Assembly: GCA_020137815.1 (NCBI GenBank)
Contig: CM035357.1
Location: 4,712,001 to 4,776,000 of the forward strand
Length of the DNA: 64,000 bases
Origin: Hormiphora californensis
Taxonomy: Eukaryota > Animalia > Ctenophora
Direction of reading: 5' to 3'
The translations under genes and the position numbers were made by a program. Positions 22,626-34,600 of this stretch are shown here, piece by piece. The notes beneath the pieces were generated by a model. It was not told the DNA's origin and made no database searches. It worked only from the letters and a program-made list of their open reading frames with translations. The stretch's first letter is position 1. Every line of letters begins with the position of its first letter.

Positions 22626-25600
22626 CTACGAGAACTCCAAATCCTCGCCATAGTAACTCTTGATAAGGAGGCTACCTCTGCAACAGTTCACAATCTCCAC
22701 CAACTCATCGTCATCCATGTGGTTACAATACTGCATGCTCACAAACCTACAGGGACGTATCATATATACGTGATATAGCTGGTGATAATGTCATCAACAA
22801 TCGATCATGATGGGGCTTGTGATGGCAGGCCCTTTCTGGGATATCAAACTGTACGATTTCATAATACCGGCCCATCTTGACACTAAAATTCAAAACTTAC
22901 CGTAAATCAGGAAGAAACTGTGCACTTCTTACTATAGAACCGTCCTGCAAAAAGGGATGGTTTTGAAATGTGTACAAACAAAGACTTCCTTGAGTGTCTT
23001 TGTACAACAAACGGAAATTTGATCACTCGGTACACAAAAGGCATACTCAACAATGGGTTTACGCTAGTTTGTTTGACCATATATTATTGCTCATTAATGT
23101 ACACCTTATTTAAAGTTCTCAACTAGGGTTAATTGAAACATGACCTCCCCACTAACCGGTAATGTAACCATCATCTTTCTAAAGCACTTCGTTGTGATTT
23201 GCTTGTGCCCGTCAATATTCAGCTTCTTCAGCCGTGGGCAGTGGGCCAAGAGTAGAGAAAGGTGGGGGTCTTTAACTCCAAACATCCAACTCATGTCTAG
23301 ATTTTCAAGGAGCGGTAGAGAAACTGCAAATGTGTTCCAAGCTGCTTCTGAACAGGGGGAGGGGGTTCAAGTGTTGATATAACAATGGTTTGCTGAACAA
23401 TGGATTACATAGGTGCATGTTGCATAAGTTGAAGAGATAGCGAGAGAAATTATACTACTTTCGGGGACTCAAATGACCTTAGAACTAGAATTAATATGAT
23501 AAGAAGAAGATGATCTAGAAAAATAATATTTTGCAGAAGACGAAGAAAGATCGAGGTATCATGAGAGCGTGGATAATATTTCTCAGTGCAGTAGCACAGA
23601 GTGAACCTATACAACGTGGTAAAACACCGTGTAGAGAGATACCATCGTATCCATTCACACCTACACGTTTTTAAAAACATATTTTTACCTGTTATCTCAG
23701 CGATTTGCGATAGATCGAGCACCCGCAGTTTGCTACATTTAGCAATAGCATTCAATGTTTTGGTACCGTACGCACATTGGCGAACTGTAGGGAGAGAGAC
23801 AGAGTGAGAGGGAGAGAGAGGGGGAGATTACTTAGTTTTAGAGGAGAAATTCCACTTGGTTTTAGAGGAGCAATCTTGGTTTTAGAGCAGGTAATCTGCG
23901 ACCAGGAATTGAATAATTTTTCTCTGTATACAAGTATTACCAAGCAGTGTTTGTAGCGAGGCCGAGTGTGCGGTAACCACGGCAGCGATCCCAGAATCCG
24001 TAATGTTGTCGCACCAATTTAAATTCAGCTCAACCAACTGAAAAGGAAAGGGGGAAATTGTCTCAATGACTGAAACAGAAAGGGGGAGGTTGTCTCTCAG
24101 TGACTGAAACAGAAAGGGGGAAGTTGTCTCAATGACTGAAATAAAAAGAGGGAAGTTGCCTCTCCGAAGTCAGACTACTACAAACCTTGCCCCGAAGTGC
24201 GAGCAGCCGAAGGGAAATATCTGTAATATAGGATTCAGCCACGCAAACTCGAGTTAAGTTGGAGTTAACACATCGCAATATGTCTACGTCGTATATCCAC
24301 GTCCCCATTGTATTTAGCTCTCTGTAGATTTAATACATTGGTTAAATGGCGTCGGGGACTTTGGAAGTCTAACAAGCACACTATTTTAGAACTAGTCGAA
24401 CTAGCACCCTTATATGGAGAAATTTGTGGAGGAATTTGGTTACGTTTTTATGATTTCAGGTCTGTAGATGGCCCTAAATTTGTGCTTTAGAGATAGTATG
24501 GTTTCTCTTTATAATGACCTAGTTAGTCCTTTTAGATTTCTCCCTAGCACATTATAACTTCTGGCAGGTCGGTAGAACTTCGACAGAATTTAGGGTAGGT
24601 CTGAATTTAGGGTAGGTCTGAATTTAGGGTAGGTCTGAATTTAGGGTAGGTCTGAATTTAGGGTAGGTCTGAATTTAGGGTAGGTCTGAATTTAGGGTAG
24701 GTCTGAATTTAGGGTAGGTCTAAATTTAGGGTAGGTCCGTAACGTATCGTTTATCAAAGCATTGCAATTCGACATTAGGTTCTGATTAGGTCGCTGAACC
24801 GCGTTCCGTATCTCGTATCAACTCATTGAAATTCGAGGTTAGACACAAATTAGGTCCCTGAACCACGTCTCGTATCTCGTATCAACTCATTGCAATTCGA
24901 TCTTAGTCACCGATTAGGTCGCTGAACCGCGTCCCGTATCTCGTATCAACTCATTGAAATTCGAGGTTAGACACAAATTAGGTCCCTGAACCACGTCTCG
25001 TATCTCGTATCAACTCATTGCAATTCGATCTTAGTCACCGATTAGGTCGCTGAACCTAATGGGTGACTAAGATCGAATTGAAATGAGTTGATACGAGATA
25101 CGGGACGCGGTTCAGGGACCTAATTTGTGTCTAACCTCGAATTCCAATGAGTTGATACGAGATACGGGACGTGGTTCAGTGACCTAATCGGTGACTAAGA
25201 TCGAATTGAAATGAGTTGATACGAGATACGGGACGCGGTTCAGCGACCTAATCGGTGACTAAGATCGAATTGCAATGAGTTGATACGAGATACGAGACGT
25301 GGTTCAGGGACTTAATTTGTGTCTAACCTCGAATTCCAATGAGTTGATACGAGATACGGGACGTGGTTCAGCGACCTAATCGGTGACTAAGATCGAATTG
25401 AAATGAGTTGATACGAGATACGGGACGCGGTTCAGGGACCTAATTTGTGTCTAACCTCGAATTTCAATGAGTTGATACGAGATACGGGACGTGGTTCAGC
25501 GACCTAATCGGTGACTAAGATCGAATTGAATTGAGTTGATACGAGATACGGGACGCGGTTCAGCGACCTAATCAGAACCTAATGTCGAATTGCAATGCTT

Positions 25601-28600
25601 TGATAAACGATACGTTACGGACCTACCCTAAATTCAGACCTACTCTAAATTCAGACCTACCCTAAATTCACCTACCCTAAATTCAGACCTACCCTAAATT
25701 CAGACCTACCCTAAATTCAGACCTACCCTAAATTCTGTCGAAGTTCTACCGACCTGCCTAACTTCTAGTACTTGATCTTGTGTAGTCGAGAAACCATACC
25801 TATAGACAGGTAAATAATTAACATTTCATTTTTAAATGTCTTCCTAACTTCCTCTGACTTATTCTAGCTCTATATAGCCTTAGACTGACTGGCGGTTAAG
25901 CGGTTCAATATAACATAGGAAAGACCAAGTGAATCAGTCGGTATATTTCGAAACTATCATTGCAAAATAACGAATTGGAGCCACTTGGTATTCCAAGGAT
26001 TAAATGAGCTGGGGGGACTCACGTGAGATTGTGGCGTGAGAAGTAGACTAACGGTGACTGCAAACCAGTTGCCTGTTCCAGAGTTAACGATTCAAGATCA
26101 GGACAAGCCTTAGCAATGAACTCAACCTGAAAATAATTTAACATTTTCAATCCGACCTTCAAATTCAAAAGATGCACATTTTGTGTCTCTTTCTCTCAAT
26201 ACTAAGTTAAAATGAATTAATAATCAATCTAAAGTACCAAAATTACTTTTTTTTCCCTTGATTTGATCAATCTAAAAAGTTGCCTCTTACCGTGTCATTA
26301 TCAAGGCAGGGCCAAGAAAGGCTGATAGAACGTAACCCTTTGTTAACCGCTACAAACCCCTTCAGAAGGGTCCGAGCTAGAAACTCAGTCTGATACTTGG
26401 TATTACACAGGGCCAGTTCTTCGATCTGCAAGTATGGGATAATTAGGGGTGGTTTAGGTGTAATGTGTCCCTGTAACCATGTAGTAACCATGGTAACTAG
26501 AATTCGATTTTGCTCTCTCTCTCTCTTTTCTATAGAACAAATCGAGATTAATTTCCAGTTAACTAGGTAACCCATTCAACTACCCTAAAACTACCCAAAA
26601 CTGTCATGCCCAAGCTGTAACCAGCTGGTAACAGTTAACTCTATCCTTTTCTCTTTACCTTTGGTCGGATTAAAAAGGGGCTGATTTATACAATGCACTT
26701 TTATTTTTCTTTCTATTTAGAATCAATAATAATAATAATTACCTTTGGGGTATAAGCGTAGGGACAACAAGAAGGACAGTGGGTGTATTTCCCGTGTTGC
26801 AGCAACAGTGAGACCTCAGATTTTAACAAAGTCACTAATTCTGGGGTGTCTTCCTCGGTCCCCCGGGTTTCAAGTTGGGGACTTGGAGGTCGGACAGGGG
26901 CAGGCATCGCCTCGTTCTGGAAAATATCTTCTCCATCAACAATTCGATCAGGAACAATATCTTGTTCCACCTCAACAAGTCGATCGGGAACTAAATCTTG
27001 TTCCCCTAGTTCGACAAGTCTGTCAGGACCAGCATCTTCTTCAATCTGAACGATTCCGGCTTGATCATCCTCGACAACATTATCCTCCACAAGTTGAATG
27101 TCAGCCACATCCTCAGTTAAAGGTCCCACATCATGTTGAATGTCAGCCATATCCTGAGCTAGAGGTCCCACATTATGTTCAGTTAAAGGTCCCACATTAT
27201 GTTCAGTCGGGGTGGTAGCGATGGGAGTCACATGATCCTCACTAATGTCTTCCTCCGCTGAATGATACTCCGTAGAAGTGGAACTGGTAGTTGAATCCAA
27301 GGATTTGTCCTGTGTTAGATGAGAGCTGGTGGATTGGGAGCCGGTTACAAAAGATTCAGCTGTAATCGTTGTATCTGCTGTTGTTCCTGACCCACTTTGA
27401 TTCATCTCAGCATCATTAGCACTAACCCCAGGTTCCTCTAAATCTTGAATCGTTGAAGATGCTTCTTGTGTTGGTTCTTCTGTCGCAGGAGATACAATAT
27501 CAGAAACGCGGTCCTGGTCCACTTGTTCTTCTTGATTTTGGATTTGACCCAGGTCTTGCTCTTCATGCTCCTGCTCCTGACCTTGCTCCCGTTCCCGTTC
27601 CTGACCTTGCTCCCTTTCCCGTTCTTGACCTTGCTCCTGCTCCCGTTCCTGCTCCTGATCTTGCTCCTGTTCCTGTTGACTCATTTCCGCGATTAGATCA
27701 TTTGAGAACTCACTCAAATGTCCGTGCATTTCCTTCATCCTATCCAGTTCATCCCTCTGTATTGCCTCCAACTGCAAAGAATGCCTGAGTTGTAGCCTCA
27801 ATAACTCATTTCGTGCTAATCTCCACCATTACCCTCTCCAAGGCTGACTTGTATTCTAAGACCCTGCCCAACAGCGGGCCCGGTGATACATCCTCACCCC
27901 CTGTTGATATGTAGTCAATAGCAACCAAACTCTCTAACACACCCCTAACTCCATCAATATTAACTGAAATGGCTGAGGAGACGGTACGGAATGAACGGTG
28001 ATGGTCGATATTGATGTCATCATAATCCTGATTTATAATGGCTCCCAGCTCGCGACACGACTTGGCACAATCACCCACCATTCCCTCTAGTAGGGTCCTG
28101 AGACGCAGTCTACAAATGTGAAGACAACTCTCCTTTTTATCGAAATCTTCCTCTGTAACAGGTATTTGGACAGTTGGTGGTACTACTGCTGTTGAGGATG
28201 AAGGCCCCGCCACTTCTTCTTCGCTTGTTGTATGTGATAGGAACGAGATTAGGAACCCACTCTGGCCCTCCAGCAGCTCACTCAGGTAGTGTAGGAGACG
28301 GGGCAGTGGGGGACAGGGTGATTCTTGCTCCTCCTGGTAAGCTTTACCTTTCCGTGTGGCCTGCCAGTGGGCATGACGGTGGGCGATGTCGATGTCGCAG
28401 CAGCAGGATAGCGGTTCTGGAACATCGAAGTCTTCGTCAAGGAACTTTTCTTTCCCTAGAGGATAGCAGGTTATTAGTTTATCAAAACCTTATGAATTTA
28501 ACTACTCAAGTATAATATTATTATATGTTAGATATAACTAGAGTAAACACACACATACACACACATTGAGCTCAATTTAGCTATTCTCCAACCCCCTCTA

Positions 28601-31600
28601 CTAAGATATAAATATGAAAGGTCGCCAGAATATTCATTGACAACATAATACGTGTACTCCCAGCTGTACTAGACATAATAGAGATGCGAGTTGTTACGCC
28701 TATCATTGTTTTTTAAATGTAATGGCAGCGATACTACGTCAGATATCACAAATTTCAATTTCAAGGTAAATCAATGAATTATTGATTCTCTCTATGATAC
28801 AAGTAGAAAACAAATGAATAACTAATTAGATTAAGTACCTTGGAATATTCCTGTTAGGTACCACAGGGCAGTACAGTAAATATCCACACACTGGTTCAGA
28901 ATTAACCGCCTCAAACTCGGTCCACAGAGCTCAACTAGTTTCCGAACAGCACGACTTGTAATTTTCATGCATCCAGTCAAATCCAGATCTAAAGATACGC
29001 GGAATTAGGAACAGTAATACGTATCTAGATTCTAGATTGAGAAATTAAAGGAGTATAGGACATCATTTCAGCCTGAGTAAATATTCAACTTTGTGGATTT
29101 AAAAGTTTAGGAAGCTGAGAAGTAACATTTGCCACAAACCTTCTAAGATGAGCCGTTTGTTTCCATAGCAACCACACTCGCCACACTGCACTCGGGTAGG
29201 TTGGACCATCACAAAGGCATCATCTGTTATCTGGCAGTGGGCCAGGTTGAGGGAAACCAACTGTGGACAACACTCCAGGATAACAGAACTAATATCAATA
29301 TCGGTGATGGATCGGCAGCACGAGAAGGAGAGGTGGGTGATGGTCGGACATGTTGGTCGGAGGCAGGGAAAGAAACCAGGCCACAGTGATACACCCGATA
29401 GATGTATTTCTTGAAGGTTTAAACATCTGAAAACAAGGGATCAATATACCATTTCCCAAACAACAATGCAACGGAACACCATCAAGTTCGTCCCACACTT
29501 TATAGCCTCCCTTTTTAAAACAAATATCAAATCAGAATGCTCAATGCGTCGCTCGAAACCAGGAGTTTTGAGAAAATCACATAAATGTTTGTATGTTTGT
29601 TTTCGCTGTGATCTGCGGTTTGCTAAGAACTCTAAATAGTTCTTTTGTAAAGGTAATGGACCAATTAAAATGTGTTCTGTCGCCGTTGACCACGTACCTC
29701 GAGAACAAATCATACAGTTTCTTCTTTTCTTTCACCCGAACAGTGGGTTTTGGATATATAACTGTACCCAGCATTTCTTCGCCCCTATTATTGTATTACG
29801 TACCTCGAGAACAGCTCATACAGTTGAGGTGAGTGCCCTCCTTGGTGGGAAATGTTTGAAAGGGTAACCTCTGTTGCCCCATTGTGTATCAATACTTTGG
29901 CGGCTTCGCTGAGCTCACGAGGTTTACACCAAGTCTCACACAGCTGTACCAAAACCTGAAATTATGAGAATAGCTTATTATTTATTAACTCATATCACTG
30001 ATCACATGGAAATGTGCTAAGAAATCAAGAGCACAAACTTATAATAATAATAATAATAATAATATCGAATATTTATATCCCGTATAATGCGTTAAATATG
30101 CTAGTTCACTACTCGTTTGAACTAGAACTAAAAGATATACTTAAAGAACATCGAGATTACTGTTAAAACTAACACCGCGTCTATAGCGGCCTTCTCAGAG
30201 CCAGAGAAATGCCATTTAAGCTATTTTGATAACAAGAAATAAAAATGAAGAAAGAAAGTTTAAGGGTACGCTAACCAAAAATTTTTTTCGAGTGCAGGGA
30301 AATCTCTCACCGTAGGGTTGCAGGCCATACCAAGGAGACCTCAAATATGCAATTTTAGCCCTTAAGTCGAATTCATATTTTTGCTACAGCTTTTTAAAAA
30401 TGTCCTGAAAATACGTTTTTGGCATCTCAAAAATTTTTTTTCAAAGATAGGAGCATGAAAATTTGGGGATTTGAAGAGGACATGAAGGTGAATACCACAA
30501 AAAAATTTTTTGCAATCCGAGCTGATTTCCGGTCCTGAGATGGATTTCTTTTTTTCCACTTAACGCCCTATTTGGCAAAGTTCCGAAAACATGTGAAAGC
30601 TGTAAATTGGTGAAAAGTTGCGTCTAACGATTATCTAAGTGGCCATAAATTTTGGGCGTGTCCTTATTTGAGATAAGCTGTACGGAGTTTTTTTTGTGAA
30701 AGCCGTCATTCAGAAATAAATAAATTCCCTGTATCTCAAAAACGGCTGATCGTAGGACCTGAGACTATGCTTAAACGATTCAGAAGGTCCGATTTTGGGG
30801 GGGTCTTCTGAGAGACATTTTGCTCCTACTTCAACCGTTTTTGTCTGTAATTGCGAAAAACAATAACCCATCTTCGCCATCGTGGATTTTTTGTGATTTT
30901 GTTTTTGATGATTATTATAGGGACCCATATGGACCAAATAGTGAAGGAATTAGCTTGTTAAACATTTTTCCATAGTTTCGGTCCTTTCTTAGCTAAAATT
31001 CCCTAATTACAGGATATGGAGTTTAGCTTTTGCCCTTTTCATAGAATTTGTTTTTCGCAATTACAGCAAAAACGGTTGAAGTAGGAGCAAAATGTCTCTC
31101 AGAAGACCCCCCCAAAATCGGACCTTCTGAATGTTTAAGCATAGTCTCAGGTCTCTACGATCAGCCGTTTTTGAGATACAGGGAATTTATTTATTCTGAA
31201 ATGACGGCTTTCAAAAAAAAATTCTGTACAGCTTATCTCAAATAAGGACGCCCAAAATTTATGGCCACTTAGATAATCGTTAGACGCAACTTTTCAACAA
31301 TTTACAGCTTTCACATGTTTTCGGAACTTTGCCAATAGGGCGTTAAAGTGGAAAAAAAGAAATCCATCTCAGGACCGGAAATCAGCTCGGATTGCAAAAA
31401 AAATTTTTGTGGTTATTCACCTTCATGTCCTCTTCAAATCCCCAAATTTTCATGCTCCTATCTTTGAAAAAAAGTTTTTGAGATGCCAAAAACTTATTTT
31501 CAGTTCATTTTTCAAGCAGCTGTAGCAAAATATGAATTCGACTTGAGAGCTCAAATTGCATATTTGAGGTCTCCTTGGCATGGCCTACAACCCTACGGTG

Positions 31601-34600
31601 AGAGATTTCCCTGCACTCGAAAAAAAATTTTGGTTAGCGTACCCTTAATCAGTGGAAGTAGTATAAAAAACATATGTGATAGTATTAAAAAAAAATAAAG
31701 AAAGATAGATAAATGTAATATTGTTAATAAGTCAGAATTAAGATGGAGCTAAGTTTAAAGGAAGTGGAAGTGTGAGGGAAGTGGAAGTGGAAGTGTGAGG
31801 GAAGTGGAAAAAGTTGAAAATGGTGAGTAAGGTGGATGAAGTGGAAAGGCAGTTTCTAAGGTTAAAAATTAAAGCGAGTACAATCAAATAGATGACAACA
31901 GCTAGGTAGCTTGAGTCAGATTGAAATACAGAGCGTTGATTGGAACAACATATTAAGGATTAAAAAGAATAAATTAGTGATTATAAAAAGAATAAGTTAG
32001 AACTTAGAATAAGTTGTTAGGTTATAAATAATGAAGTGATGTGATGTGATCGTTATGTCTTGTCTTTAGCTTGTCTTGTCTTTATTAGCACATATATAGT
32101 CAGCTCAAGGCCCCTGAGTTAGAAGGTACTAAGGGCAGGAGGGATTAAGAATTGGTCTTAGTCGTACGTGGCTGAGTCACTGCTTTATTATCTGGATAGG
32201 CAACGGGGAAAAGATGGGACTTCAAACATTCTTAAAAGTTTCAAGGGATGTTGTTCTTAGATTCTTTGGTAGTTTGTTCCATATTTAGGGCCGCAAACGC
32301 TGAACGCCTTCGAGTGGTAGATATTTGGTGTCATGGCGTTTTTTAATAGGGTCTATGTCCTCATCGAGACGTACTTTTCTAGACTTTGGCTGTCTGCGTG
32401 TAATCATGTCCGAAAGATACTCAGGCACAAGTCCATGTAGACATTGTAGACCAAGAGGCAAATTTGAACTGAATTCTTGCTCAACTGGAAGGAAATGGAG
32501 TTTCTTCGATTTCAGTAACTCCTGTCTCCCCTTTGATCCATACACGAATCTAACTGCACTGTTCTGTACCTTTTGTAGACGTTGCAAATCTCGTTTGAGA
32601 GTCCTATGAGTAGTCCATTTCCAAAGTCAAGCCTTGAATGAAGAGTTGATGAACAAGTTGGTATTTAGCTGTATAGAGAGTCCCTTTCTGATCCTCCATA
32701 GGTTTGCAAGCTGGCTCCAGCAGGACTGGATAACCGTGATACATTGTGATGACATCGTGAGAGTCTGATCAAACCAAATAACCTAAATTTCGAGCATCTG
32801 TGGATGGTTCGGTAGAGGTGTTGTCACTTTTTGCAGGAAGATCGACGTTGGATTAGGCGTCTTATCTGATTTATTATTGATAATTACTAATTCAGTTTTG
32901 CCTGCATTAAGTTTTAGATAGTTAGTGTTCATCCACCATTTGATGTGCTCAAGGCAATTTTGAACATTCTCGAAAATGATCTTCTCGTTAGTTGGATCAA
33001 AACTGATATACAATTGTGTATCGTCGGCGTCACATATGCACTTGTAGCCCCATAGACACCTGCAATGTCTTGCTCTCTCGTGTATACATAATAAAGAGGA
33101 TGGGACCCAGGATCGATCCCTGAGGGACCCTATCTCGATTCAATCGAAGGAGACCTCTCATCCCAATACTTACTGAAGATGTTCTGCCATTCAAATAGGA
33201 TCGAAACCACTCCAATGCAGTATGTTTGATGCATAGTGGTTATACAACTTATCTAACAAGGTGGCATGCTTACAGTATCAAAAGCAGCACTTAAATCAAG
33301 CAACAGTAGAATGACTTTTGTTTTGCTGTCCAAGAGAAAAAGGATGTCATTGAAGATCTTTAGTGTCGTGTTTCACACGAGTGGTACTTTCGGTAGGCTG
33401 ATTGCTTAGTGGGTAAGAGCTTATTTGCCTCTAAGTATTCGACCAGCTGTACAGATACACATTTTTCAACAACTTTTGAAATAAAGCTAAGATTGCTTAT
33501 CGGCCTATAACTGTTTAGCTCCTCAGAATCCAGGTCCTTACCCTTAATGACGGTCGAATGATGGCTTCTTTGAAGACTGATGGAAATTACCCTTTGTGAG
33601 GCTGTCGTTGACAATCCGAGAAATGCAGGAGTGAGCTCAGGGAGTCCGTCGTTAACCATACTTGAAGGATTGGATCCAAAGAACAATGCTTCTTGTTCAT
33701 ATCACGGATGATTCTGACCAGTTCTCATCAGTCACTGGTCTAAATTTGGAGAGAGTCGACGTGCAAATTTTGGCGTAGGCTGTATTTTAGGAGTTGGGAA
33801 TTTTCAGCTTCAATCACAGAGTATATTTTCGATACCTGTTTTAAAGAAACTCGTTAAACCTCGTCGTCAGTGGCATCGTTTCCTTTTGATGGCAGTGTTG
33901 AAGGTATTTTTTTTCTTTTCCAAGTAAGCTGTTAACTACTCTATGGGTAGATTTCGGATCACCTTTCCTCGATCGAGTTTCTTACTGACAAAACTGGCTC
34001 GAGCGTTGTTGAGAACTTTGGATGCAAATTTGCAGGTACTTTCCAACAGTGATATTTTGGAGCAAGCTTCTTTGGGTTTGTTTTCGTTAGACGAGCACGT
34101 TTCCAGCGTCGCTCAGCTCCTCTGCGTACTCGTCGTGCATTTTGACAAGCTGGTGTTGTCTGATCCATTGGGGCTGGTCTGGGTTCTTTATTTTCTTTTT
34201 CTTCCTCGGTGGCAATTTCATCAGTTATTGACTTTAGAGTTGGTTGTATAGAAGAACACATTCTCCTTGGTCGGAAGGTAGCGTTCAGCAAGCTTGGAGC
34301 CTCGAATGAGTTCACGAAGATCCTCTGGTTCAACTCCTTTGAAATTTCTGCACTTCATCATTACCTCATCCTCCTTTCTTTTAAGCAGTATACCGGCCCT
34401 GCATTTTACTAAATAATGATCTGGAGCGGGGGCCACAGGATAGGATTCAATCTCAGTTATTTCGATACACTGGCAAACTATCAAATAAATTGGAATATGC
34501 TCTTCACTGGTTTCATCAGGTTTACCGCAGAACGGGGACCAATGGGGTCAGATAGCGAAACAGTATTCTTGTCTTGGGTAAGGATAAGATCTAGTGTGCC

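Noticed and set aside
24740-25600. CRISPR-like regularly spaced repeats
   Set aside because: Spacers are not unique, the array is inverted about its centre, it has a TSD, and the context is eukaryotic
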